A stretch of DNA of 38,022 nt from Bacteroidota bacterium (GTDB taxonomy: Bacteria > Bacteroidota > Ignavibacteria > SZUA-365 > JAADGX01), in contig JALUUP010000326.1 of the NCBI GenBank assembly GCA_027021285.1, positions 1 through 38,022 on the forward strand, written 5' to 3'. The stretch's first letter is position 1, and each line of letters starts with the position of its first letter. Position numbers and translations under genes: made by a program. Below, one piece after another: positions 7,839-16,320 of this stretch. The notes below the pieces were generated by a model, which was not told the DNA's origin, did not search any database, and saw nothing but the letters and a program-made list of their open reading frames with translations.

Positions 7839-10097
7839 TCAAGCTGCGATATCCACCTGGTCGAGCGGCTCGAGCTCCCGATCAAATTCCTTCTTGCATC
7901 CAGGACATTTAAGGAACTCACCTTTACGCTGCGTGAACTTGGAAACCAGGTATGGATGCTGACACGCGGGACAGGCATGCGGCACCGGCTTGTCCCACGA
8001 CACGAAATCACATTGCGGATATTTACTGCAGCCATAGAAGAACCGGCCGCGCCCGGATTTTCGTTCAACGATCTCGCCCTCGTTGCACTTCGGGCAGGCG
8101 ATACCAAGCGTGATCGGTTTTGTGAAACGGCATTCCGGATACGCCGAGCATCCGATGAATTGACCGTAGCGGCTCTGTTTAATGACCAGAGGATTGCCGC
8201 ATTCCGGGCATTTTTCATCCAGCGCAGGAGGCTCCGTACCGGGAAGAGGTTTCGTGTTCTTACATTCCGGGTACTTGCTACAAGCGAGGAACTTACCGTT
8301 TCTCCCCCATCTGATAATCATGCCGCTCCCACATTTCTCACACTTCTCATCGGTCTCTTCGACCAGTGTCGCTTTTTCCACGTCAATGGATTCCAGCAAT
8401 TTGCTGAACGGTCTGTAAAACTCATCAAGCACCTTAACGTAGTCGCGTTCACCCGTTGCAATTGTATCCAGCTCCTGTTCCATCTCAGCGGTGAAGTTGA
8501 CGTTGAATATCTGTTCGAAGTATTTCTGCAAAATCTTATCCACGTCCATTCCCAGTTCCGTGGCATACAGTCGTCGATCTTTTTGTTCCACGTAGCCGCG
8601 ATCCTGAATAGTGGAAACAATGAGCGCGTACGTACTGGGTCTGCCGATTCCAAGAGTATCGAGTTCCTTCACCAGGCTCGATTCGGTGAAGCGCGGCGGG
8701 GGTTTCGTAAAATGCTGATGCGGATTGACATCCGAGGTTTTTACATCCACTCCTTTAGCGACACCGGCTGGAATAAGAGATTCTTCCTCGGCTTCATCTT
8801 CACTCCTTGACTGCGCGGCAAAATCATCATAGACCTGGAGATAGCCGCGAAACTTGTACGTCGAACCAACGGATTTGAACTGGTATTTTCCTGCTTCGGT
8901 AACGACTACGATCTGATCCAAAACAGCCGGCGCCATCTGGCTGGCAATGAACCGGGTCCAGATCAACTCGTACAACGCGTATTGCTCGCGGCTGAGATAC
9001 GGCTTAACTTTCTCCGGTGTATTTTCCAGGGAAGCTGGGCGGATGGCCTCGTGCGCGTCCTGGGCTCGTGCCTTGGATTTAAACACGCGCGGAGATTTCA
9101 GCGCAAATTCCGCTCCGTAAATATCTTTGATAAACGACGATGCCGCTTTCAGCGCTTCCGGCGCAATTCGTGTCGAATCCGTCCGCATATACGTGATTAA
9201 CCCGACCGCGCCCTCAGCCCCAAGCTCGACGCCCTCGTACAACTGTTGGGCCACACGCATGGTTTTTTTTGTTCCAAACCGAAGGCGGGATGACGCCGCT
9301 TGTTGAAGTGAACTCGTCGTAAACGGCGGCGAGGGGTTGCGCTTTACCTCCTTGCGCGTAACATCGCTTATCGTAAATTGTTGCTTACGAATGTCATCGA
9401 CATATTTCCCGACTGTTTTTTCATCCGGGATATCCGCTTTTTTACCTGCAATCTTGACCAGTTTCCCGTGGTACTGTTCCCCGGTCGGGATAGCGAATTC
9501 AGCAGTAATCGACCAATACTCCCTCTGCTTGAAGGCCTGGATCTCGCGCTCACGCTCGCATACCAGGTGCAAGGCGACGGATTGTACGCGGCCGGCCGAC
9601 AATCCCTTGTAAATGGTCTTCCATAAAAACGGGCTGACTTTATACCCAACAAGCCGATCCATCACTCTCCGGGCCTGTTGCGATTGTACGAGCATTTCGT
9701 TGATCGCGCCTGGGCTTTTCATCGCAGCGGTCACGCCCGACTTCGTAATCTCGTTCACAAGGATGCGATGCACGGGTTTTTTCTCTGTCTCCTTGGCTAT
9801 TTCCCGTGCGATATGCCACGCAATCGCTTCGCCTTCGCGGTCCGGGTCGGTCGCAATATATACTGCATCCGCTTTCTTGGCGGATTGCTTCAACTTCTTG
9901 ATGACGTTCCCTTTCCCACGAATTGTCACGTACTTGGGTTTGTACCCGTCCCCGATTTCTACTCCGAGCTCTTTATCAGGAAGGTTCTTGATATGACCGA
10001 CAGAAGCTTCAACGACAAAATCCTTGCCCAGGAATTTCTTCAGTGTTTTTGTCTTCGAGGGAGATTCTACGATAACGAGAGATTTAGATTTTACCAT
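7839..10097 (-). CDS. topA: DNA topoisomerase I with four C-terminal C4 zinc-ribbon repeats
   Basis: Toprim N-terminus LVIVESPSKTKTLKKFLG. Active-site tyrosine region GLITYMRTDSTR. Four CxxC...CxxC modules follow (EKCEKCGS..., EKCPECGN..., IACPKCNEGE..., HACPACQH...). Confidence 0.97.
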   Translation of the reverse strand: MVKSKSLVIVESPSKTKTLKKFLGKDFVVEASVGHIKNLPDKELGVEIGDGYKPKYVTIRGKGNVIKKLKQSAKKADAVYIATDPDREGEAIAWHIAREIAKETEKKPVHRILVNEITKSGVTAAMKSPGAINEMLVQSQQARRVMDRLVGYKVSPFLWKTIYKGLSAGRVQSVALHLVCEREREIQAFKQREYWSITAEFAIPTGEQYHGKLVKIAGKKADIPDEKTVGKYVDDIRKQQFTISDVTRKEVKRNPSPPFTTSSLQQAASSRLRFGTKKTMRVAQQLYEGVELGAEGAVGLITYMRTDSTRIAPEALKAASSFIKDIYGAEFALKSPRVFKSKARAQDAHEAIRPASLENTPEKVKPYLSREQYALYELIWTRFIASQMAPAVLDQIVVVTEAGKYQFKSVGSTYKFRGYLQVYDDFAAQSRSEDEAEEESLIPAGVAKGVDVKTSDVNPHQHFTKPPPRFTESSLVKELDTLGIGRPSTYALIVSTIQDRGYVEQKDRRLYATELGMDVDKILQKYFEQIFNVNFTAEMEQELDTIATGERDYVKVLDEFYRPFSKLLESIDVEKATLVEETDEKCEKCGSGMIIRWGRNGKFLACSKYPECKNTKPLPGTEPPALDEKCPECGNPLVIKQSRYGQFIGCSAYPECRFTKPITLGIACPKCNEGEIVERKSGRGRFFYGCSKYPQCDFVSWDKPVPHACPACQHPYLVSKFTQRKGEFLKCPGCKKEFDRELEPLDQVDIAA

Positions 10098-10178
10098 GTA
10101 TGAAAGTGAAATATCAATTGTCGATTTCAGGACAAACCCCGGCTACCGCGAGCCGGTGCTTGTGATGTTTCCACAGCG

Positions 10179-10634
10179 TCAGTGGATAGTATCGTTGGTA
10201 TTCAACATCAGCCTGCTCCCCATCGTATCAACGTCGTCGAGATCAAACAGGATAGACGCAATGATAGATTTCAGGTCTTGTAATGTAACCTTGCTGAATC
10301 CTGCCATCATGATACGATCAATAACCATTTCCAGGTCGTTCTCACCAAGCAGGCCAAGCTCGCGCAACTGAATAAGGTACCCTTGCGCTTCCGGTGTTAT
10401 CACGGATCGTTCTGCTTCATGGAGAACGCGATGGGAATGCGTCTCACCGGGTTCTTCGGCCAAGACATTTTCGCCGAAATTAATCTTATCGAAGAGCCAA
10501 CTGAATGCCGTCCCGATTTCACTCTCCGTGTACCCACTGTCCTGCAGACCGCGAAGGTCGATCTCTCCGAGACGCTTGTTGTTCCGCATCTCGTGAATGA
10601 GATAAACAATGATCTCAATTATTTTTTCTTGCAT
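10179..10634 (-). CDS. smg: Smg protein (DUF494 family)
   Basis: 151 aa that aligns along its length with E. coli Smg from memory: IVYLIHEM..., SGYTESEIGTAFSWL, GYLIQLRELGLL...EMVIDRIMM, LQDLKSIIASILF. It sits immediately upstream of topA, as in many bacteria. Confidence 0.8.
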   Translation of the reverse strand: MQEKIIEIIVYLIHEMRNNKRLGEIDLRGLQDSGYTESEIGTAFSWLFDKINFGENVLAEEPGETHSHRVLHEAERSVITPEAQGYLIQLRELGLLGENDLEMVIDRIMMAGFSKVTLQDLKSIIASILFDLDDVDTMGSRLMLNTNDTIH

Positions 10635-10719
10635 GTTGGTTGTTTATTCTTCTCTCGTGATCCTTGTGCAGAATTTATCCGATAAAATGCCGAATGTCAA
10701 GCCCAGTTCTGTTGCACGG

Positions 10720-11136
10720 TTATTTCCGCAATTCTTCCAGGTAGTAATCTTCCCTCGCCTTCATCTTTTTCCGGTCTGGACCGGAGGAGTCGCGCCAGCC
10801 GGCGAGGTGAAGCGTGCCGTGAATAACGAGTCGCAACAGTTCCTCTCTCAATGATACCTTGTACTCACGTGCCTGGCGACGAGCCGTTTCGACACTAATA
10901 ACAATTTCCGCATCCAGCGGTTCTGTTTCCAGGGGAAAAGTAATCACATCCGTGGAATAGTCATGACCCAGAAACTCCCGGTTTATCGCCAGAATAGTGG
11001 CGTCGTCGACCAAGGCAATGGAAATAGCTTCTGCTTCCATGTTTTCACCCCTCAACACACGTTGTACGCCCCGTTGCAGAACATCGGCGCCGATCGGGCC
11101 TGTACGAATTTCAAACCGCACGGGAATGTGGGTCAT
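10720..11136 (-). CDS. ybeY: rRNA maturation endoribonuclease YbeY
   Basis: 138 aa. LAINREFLGHDYSTDVITFPLE and the metal motif VIHGTLHLAGWRD identify UPF0054/YbeY. Its ATG directly abuts the upstream stop (TGAATG at 11134-11139). Confidence 0.9.
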   Translation of the reverse strand: MTHIPVRFEIRTGPIGADVLQRGVQRVLRGENMEAEAISIALVDDATILAINREFLGHDYSTDVITFPLETEPLDAEIVISVETARRQAREYKVSLREELLRLVIHGTLHLAGWRDSSGPDRKKMKAREDYYLEELRK

Positions 11137-11703
11137 TCACGAGATATCGGAGAGTTGATCAGGAAGAATGTCCTCGGTAAGACTTAGCGCCAAACCCGTC
11201 AACATGACCTCGGGTCCGAGACGGGTGAAATCACCCGAGAGCAATTTGCGATCGACATTGGCAAACAGGGAACATCCCGCGCCCTGTTCGACGATTAACC
11301 CGGAAAGCCGTCCTCCATGCTCTCCCACAAACGTCACTTCGCCTAGCGACTCGCTGATGACATACCCCGAGCAGAAATGCAGCTGAAGATGCGCGGTAGG
11401 AGTGTACACGGAAATCAGGTCTCCGGTCATATCCCCGATGAGCGTGTCGGGATGGATCTCGAGCGACAACTCGCGCTGCTCCGCCGTCACCTTGATCCGA
11501 AACATGTTGCCCGTCTTCTGGTATGTCGTTCCCAGAGCCTCGGCGATTTTTTGTACATCCTTTTCTGCAAAACCCATATTCATAGAAACCCGAACCTCGA
11601 TAATATGACAATCCGCCTCACGCTTCGCGCACCTCCGCTTGAATGCCTTTGGCAAAATATAAAGGGACGCCTCCTTTGTCAATAGCTTTCCACAGAAATG
11701 CAT
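11137..11703 (-). CDS. Hypothetical protein (148-188 aa depending on start)
   Basis: Open frame ending at TGA 11137-11139, immediately before the ybeY ATG. The composition is protein-like (AEKDVQKIAEALGTTYQKTG..., GEVTFVGEHGGRLSGLIVEQGAG). The start is ambiguous: ATG at 11703, or ATG at 11583 (MNMGFAEK). No family recognised. Confidence 0.55.
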   Translation of the reverse strand: MHFCGKLLTKEASLYILPKAFKRRCAKREADCHIIEVRVSMNMGFAEKDVQKIAEALGTTYQKTGNMFRIKVTAEQRELSLEIHPDTLIGDMTGDLISVYTPTAHLQLHFCSGYVISESLGEVTFVGEHGGRLSGLIVEQGAGCSLFANVDRKLLSGDFTRLGPEVMLTGLALSLTEDILPDQLSDIS

Positions 11704-11788
11704 GAACGACTCGCATACCGGTTATTTTGCCTGTGAGACAAAATTGTCTATTTTTTCCCACGAGTTATACTGAAACCGCCAGTTCTCA

Positions 11789-13234
11789 ATGACAAATCAA
11801 CAAACTATCCGCGTTCGTTTCGCTCCCAGCCCAACCGGTTACCTGCACGTCGGCGGCCTGCGAACCGCGCTCTACAACTTTCTCTTTGCCAGAAAACACG
11901 GTGGAACCTTTGTTCTCCGCATTGAGGATACTGACCGCTCGCGTCATGTCGAGGGAGCGATCGAGAACCTGACAGCGACTCTTCGATGGGCGGGGTTGGA
12001 CTTTGATGAAGGGCCGGGAAAAGAAGGAGCCTTCGGCCCATACGTGCAGTCACAAAGACTGGAGTTGTACCGCCAGTACGCAAACGAACTGGTTGATACC
12101 GGGTCAGCCTACCCGTGCTTTTGTTCCCCGGAAGAACTCGACACGATGCGCCAGGCGCAGATGGAACGTAACGAGCGCGTCAGGTACGACCGCCGGTGCC
12201 GTTCTCTTACACCCGAAGAAGTAGATGCCAAAATGGCGGAAGGCACATCGTACGTCATCCGGTTGAAAGTGCCGATGTTCGGGGACGTTGCCGTCAACGA
12301 TATCATCCGGGGCAACGTGACCTTTCAGTTGAATATCCTCGATGACCAGGTGCTCCTGAAATCCGACGGCTTCCCGACGTACCACCTCGCAAACGTGGTG
12401 GACGATCACCACATGCAGATCACGCATATTATCAGAGGTGAGGAATGGTTGCCCAGTGTGCCAAAGCACGTCCTGATTTATCAGGCTCTCGGATGGGAGA
12501 TCCCGCAGTACGCCCATCTTCCTCTCCTGCTCAATCCCGATCGCAGCAAGCTCAGCAAACGACAGGGCGACGTCGCGGTGGAAGATTACCGCGCCAGGGG
12601 ATACCTTCCGGAAGCGCTCGTCAATTATCTTGCGCTTTTGGGTTGGAGTGAATCAAAAGACCGGGAATTTTACTCCATGCCGGAACTTATCGAAGCGTTT
12701 TCGCTGGAGCGGGTCGGTAAATCCGGCGCTGTCTTCGACCTGGAAAAGCTCAATTGGATGAACGGACAGTACTTCAGAAACCTGCCCATTGAACAGAGAA
12801 TGGAGCTCTGTCGGCCATTCCTGGAACCCGCCGGGTATGACATTCGTGACGAAAACCGTTACCGGAAAATCATCGAAGCCCTGACCCCTCGCATTCAAGT
12901 GCCGGTGGAAGCACGGGAAAAAGCCGAGTTCTTTTTCTCAAAACATGTACCGGAAGATGAAACCGCGGATGTGTTTCTCTATTCGGAAAGCGGACAGAAA
13001 GTCGTACATTTACTCCTTGAAAAGCTCAAGGATATCGAAGATGTTACGGCGGAACGATTCTCCGAGATTCTCGCAGACGCAAAATCCACGCTTGGCGTCA
13101 AGGGCAAATACCTTTTTATGCCGGTGCGACTCGCCCTTACCGGCGAAACGCATGGTCCCGAGCTCCCTTTAATCGCTGAAATCCTCGGCAAGGAAGAATG
13201 TCTGAAACGACTCCAGGAGGAATTACGAGCATGA
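11789..13234 (+). CDS. gltX: Glutamate--tRNA ligase
   Basis: RVRFAPSPTGYLHVGGLRTALYN (HIGH-type HVGG), LRIEDTD, and KLSKRQG (KMSKS). Length is 481 aa. Confidence 0.97.
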   Translation: MTNQQTIRVRFAPSPTGYLHVGGLRTALYNFLFARKHGGTFVLRIEDTDRSRHVEGAIENLTATLRWAGLDFDEGPGKEGAFGPYVQSQRLELYRQYANELVDTGSAYPCFCSPEELDTMRQAQMERNERVRYDRRCRSLTPEEVDAKMAEGTSYVIRLKVPMFGDVAVNDIIRGNVTFQLNILDDQVLLKSDGFPTYHLANVVDDHHMQITHIIRGEEWLPSVPKHVLIYQALGWEIPQYAHLPLLLNPDRSKLSKRQGDVAVEDYRARGYLPEALVNYLALLGWSESKDREFYSMPELIEAFSLERVGKSGAVFDLEKLNWMNGQYFRNLPIEQRMELCRPFLEPAGYDIRDENRYRKIIEALTPRIQVPVEAREKAEFFFSKHVPEDETADVFLYSESGQKVVHLLLEKLKDIEDVTAERFSEILADAKSTLGVKGKYLFMPVRLALTGETHGPELPLIAEILGKEECLKRLQEELRA

Positions 13235-13310
13235 CGGTTCCACTCGAACACGAATGTTCTGGTTACACCGAGAGCACAGAATACAATCCCGAAGCAGGGT
13301 CGAAAATAGT

Positions 13311-14024
13311 ATGAGTATTGTAAAATCAGACAAGGCACTGATCGTTTTTGCCAAAGCACCGGTACCCGGAAAAGTGAAGACTCGGTTGACACCAGGTATC
13401 CCGCCTGAACACGCCGCGAGGCTATACGAGTGTTTTCTTCTCGATTCCATCCCTTTATACCAAACACTATCCGACGTATCCGTTCTTCTCTATCTCGAAT
13501 CCGAAAGCGATCGCGGGTATTTCGAAGAGCACTTTCCAGACCTACCATGTTACATCCAGGAAGGCGAAACATTGGGAGAACGCATGAAGGGCGCTTTCGA
13601 GACATCTTTCAACGAACAACACCGAAGAGTCATCGTCGTGGGGACCGATCACCCCACTCTCCCCCTGAGGACGATCTCAACGGGATACCAGGTGCTCGAT
13701 GCCTATGACGACGCTATCGTTATCGGACCCAGCGAGGACGGCGGCTACTACGCGCTCGGCATGCGGACGATCCATCCGGAATTGTTCCAGGACATCGAGT
13801 TCAGCACTTCAACCGTGTACGAGGAAACGATGAAACGCATGGTCGATATCGATGTAACCGTTCACGTGCTGCCGAAATGGTATGACGTTGACACGCTCGA
13901 GGACATTGTTCGTCTTCAAAATGATTTGCAGAACCCTGAGTTGAACGGTTCCGTTCTCACTCATACCACTGCCTGCATTCAGGAGCTCGTGGATGCGAGT
14001 TTGCTCAATCCGTCGGATAAGTAG
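13311..14024 (+). CDS. DUF2064 family protein (MobA-like nucleotidyl/glycosyl-transferase fold)
   Basis: MSIVKSDKALIVFAKAPVPGKVKTRL... and VIVVGTDHPTLP are the hallmark N-terminal motifs of DUF2064/TIGR04282-type proteins. I chose ATG 13311 over the ORF-track start 13254 because the family N-terminus begins there. Confidence 0.78.
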   Translation: MSIVKSDKALIVFAKAPVPGKVKTRLTPGIPPEHAARLYECFLLDSIPLYQTLSDVSVLLYLESESDRGYFEEHFPDLPCYIQEGETLGERMKGAFETSFNEQHRRVIVVGTDHPTLPLRTISTGYQVLDAYDDAIVIGPSEDGGYYALGMRTIHPELFQDIEFSTSTVYEETMKRMVDIDVTVHVLPKWYDVDTLEDIVRLQNDLQNPELNGSVLTHTTACIQELVDASLLNPSDK

Positions 14025-14029
14025 TTTCC

Positions 14030-14611
14030 ATGCGCACGGGATTACTCGGCGGTACTTTCGATCCACCCCATACCGGACACCTGATCCTGGCCGAGCACGC
14101 CCGCGTGGAACTCAAGCTCGACAACGTCATATTTGTTCCTAACAGCATTTCCCCTTTCAAAACAACACGGTATATCAGCAACGCCGATATTCGGGCGGAA
14201 ATGGTGCAACTCGCCGTCTCGGATAATCCGTGCTTCAGCACCGAGCTGTTCGAAATCTCGCAACAGGGAATTTCCTATACCGTCGATACCCTTCGCTACC
14301 TCACGGCTAAGCATCCCGCAGATACATTCATCCTTCTCATGGGAGCTGATACTTTTACGGATTTCCCGCATTGGAAGAACCCGGACGAAGTTGTTTCCCT
14401 CGCCCAGATAGCCGTCGGGGTTCGTCCGGGCAGCGCCCACGATTTCTCCTCCCACAAATACCGAAACGACGCGATCTTCCTCCACACTCCTCTCATCGAC
14501 ATTTCTTCGTCGAACATTCGCCAACGCGTTCGGGAGGGCAAATCCATCCAGTACCTTGTCCCCTGGGCGGTGAAGATATTTATTGAAAGTGCCGGTCTGT
14601 ACAGAGGCTGA
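14030..14611 (+). CDS. nadD: Nicotinate-nucleotide adenylyltransferase
   Basis: GLLGGTFDPPHTGHL (HxGH motif) and a C-terminal ISSSNIRQRV (ISSTxxR) motif. 193 aa. Confidence 0.93.
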   Translation: MRTGLLGGTFDPPHTGHLILAEHARVELKLDNVIFVPNSISPFKTTRYISNADIRAEMVQLAVSDNPCFSTELFEISQQGISYTVDTLRYLTAKHPADTFILLMGADTFTDFPHWKNPDEVVSLAQIAVGVRPGSAHDFSSHKYRNDAIFLHTPLIDISSSNIRQRVREGKSIQYLVPWAVKIFIESAGLYRG

Positions 14612-14813
14612 GAACCCGTTTCCATCGCTTTATCATCCTTACGTGTTCCAAAACGGCGCTTCTTCCTGCGGTTTTTGCAAGCTGCACAAAATATATTCAG
14701 GAATTCAAAGGTATTTCAAGATAAACAACGGAGAATGCTGACGGAATCGATCGTGGCACAGCCTTTGTGACATGGTAATGCGGAAGAAAAAAGTATAGTC
14801 AGAGAGAGGCGAA

Positions 14814-15056
14814 ATGATAACAAAGACGATGACCCCGATGATCCGATACACAATTCCGGAAAGTGGCGGACTTCAAAAGACGAGAGTAAGCCTTGCCAAT
14901 TCACTGGGACAGGAAGTGGACGTTCTCTTCGATGGATTTCAACAACCCGGAAAGTACACTGTCGAATTAGATAAAAACAAATTTCAAAGCGGCTGGTACA
15001 TTCTTCTCCTGGAAGTCAATGGCCAGCGTGATACAAGGACGTTAGCTCTGTTCTAA
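14814..15056 (+). CDS. Stand-alone T9SS (Por) C-terminal sorting domain ORF, 80 aa; possible gene remnant
   Basis: IRYTIPESG...VSLANSLGQEVDVLFDGFQQPGKYTVELDKNKFQSGWYILLLEVNGQRDTRTLAL follows the type-A T9SS CTD pattern (I.Y.lp....V.L.vy..lGqeV..L......G.y.v......l.sG.Y...l). GAGG lies 5 nt upstream of the ATG and a good terminator follows. There is no signal peptide and no cargo domain. Confidence 0.55.
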   Translation: MITKTMTPMIRYTIPESGGLQKTRVSLANSLGQEVDVLFDGFQQPGKYTVELDKNKFQSGWYILLLEVNGQRDTRTLALF

Positions 15057-15104
15057 CCAGGGGTCGGATCCCCTGATAATCCAAAAATCCATCTCCTTGC
15101 TGCT

Positions 15105-15141
15105 GAGGGTTACCCGTTAACAACTGGTAACCTTCTTTTTT
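15105..15141 (+). terminator. Rho-independent terminator (plus strand) downstream of the T9SS-CTD ORF
   Basis: GAGGGTTACC (15105-15114) pairs with GGTAACCTTC (15126-15135). That gives 10 bp with one G-U and an 11-nt loop, followed by TTTTTT (15136-15141). The T-run overlaps the stop codon of the convergent SDR gene. A second, weaker hairpin CAGGGG/CCCCTG lies at 15058-15075. Confidence 0.7.
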
Positions 15142-16126
15142 ATAGCCATTCCTGATCGCGGTACCACCGGACTGTTTTTTGGATACCGTCTTCAATTGAA
15201 ACCGATTGACGGTATCCAAGCTCACGGGTAGCCTTTGCCGTGTCGCAGGTCCAATACGGTTGAACAAGATCCCGGGCCTTTTCCAGGTTCAACGTGGCGG
15301 GTTGTTTCCTGAAATACGACAGTGTTTGAGCGATAGCGGCAATACTATAAACAACTGCGTGCGGAACCGGAATGCGCACCAACCGTCGCTTGCCCAGGGC
15401 CCTGGCGGTGATATCCCCGACATCTTTCCAGTTATAGAACGACTCGCTGGAAATGAAATACGTTTCACCGATCGCTGTCGGCGACTCTCCGGCAAGAATG
15501 ATACCTCTCACCAGGTCATCGACGTGGATCAGGCTGACCAGCTTCCGGTTAAACCCGATCATCGTTTGCAATCCCGTCTGAACCGCTTTGAAAAAAATCA
15601 GGATTTCCGTGTCTCGGGGACCATACACGGCCGGGGGCCGTACGATCGTAACCGGAAGCTTGTCGATGGCGGCGAGAACGCGTTTCTCCGCTTCCAGTTT
15701 ACTCTTTCCGTATGTCGTAATGGGACGTGGCGGTGTTTTTTCATTCACCGGTTTGTCGGGCGACGGCGACGGACCCACAGCTGTCAGCGAGCTGATATGA
15801 ACGAAGCGCGACAAGCCGGGATTCACCTCGATGCAAGCGTTGAGCAGGTTCTCCGTGGAATATACGTTTCCTCGGTAATAGCCTTCCTTCGTTTTACTTT
15901 TCACTACCCCTGCGATGTGATAAACCGCATCCACACCGTCAATCAATTCGTGCAGCGATTTCTCGTCGCTCAGCGAACCGTACACGAGTTCGACATTCTT
16001 TCCTTCAAGCCAGCGCAAGTTACTCGTGGTGCGTACAAGGCAACGAATCGAATCGCCTCGTTGTAACAGTGCATCAACCAGTGTGCTGCCGATAAACCCC
16101 GTGGATCCCGTAATTGCAATTTTCAT
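15140..16126 (-). CDS. NAD(P)-dependent epimerase/dehydratase-family (extended SDR) oxidoreductase; candidate keto-sphingoid/ceramide reductase
   Basis: MKIAITGSTGFIGSTLVDALL (GxxGxxG Rossmann motif) and YGKSKLEAEK (YxxxK catalytic motif). 328 aa. Divergently transcribed from the Spt-like gene across a 194-bp region. Confidence 0.85.
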   Translation of the reverse strand: MKIAITGSTGFIGSTLVDALLQRGDSIRCLVRTTSNLRWLEGKNVELVYGSLSDEKSLHELIDGVDAVYHIAGVVKSKTKEGYYRGNVYSTENLLNACIEVNPGLSRFVHISSLTAVGPSPSPDKPVNEKTPPRPITTYGKSKLEAEKRVLAAIDKLPVTIVRPPAVYGPRDTEILIFFKAVQTGLQTMIGFNRKLVSLIHVDDLVRGIILAGESPTAIGETYFISSESFYNWKDVGDITARALGKRRLVRIPVPHAVVYSIAAIAQTLSYFRKQPATLNLEKARDLVQPYWTCDTAKATRELGYRQSVSIEDGIQKTVRWYRDQEWL

Positions 16127-16320
16127 GTGTTCTCGTCCTGCTTCAAGGGAAGTTCTTTGTTTTTACAACGCATCAAAGTATATTGACTTTCAGTTTGAGA
16201 ACCAATTTTGCCCACCATGCAGAGCATCATTCTTTCATTATTATTTGTTGAAGTACCCGCGTCTCTGCGTAAACAGAATTATCACATCTGATCCAACAAG
16301 CCAACAAATCAGGAGATCTC

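Noticed and set aside
7839-8400. Four-fold internal repetition at the 3' end of topA.
   Set aside because: The repeats are the expected tandem C4 zinc-ribbon domains of topoisomerase I, seen at the protein level. They are not DNA repeats or a mobile insertion.
10139-10156. The hairpin CCGGCT-n6-AGCCGG between smg and topA, as a possible attenuator or terminator.
   Set aside because: It has only a 6-bp stem and only a weak GGTTTGT tract follows it on the minus strand. That is insufficient to call a terminator.
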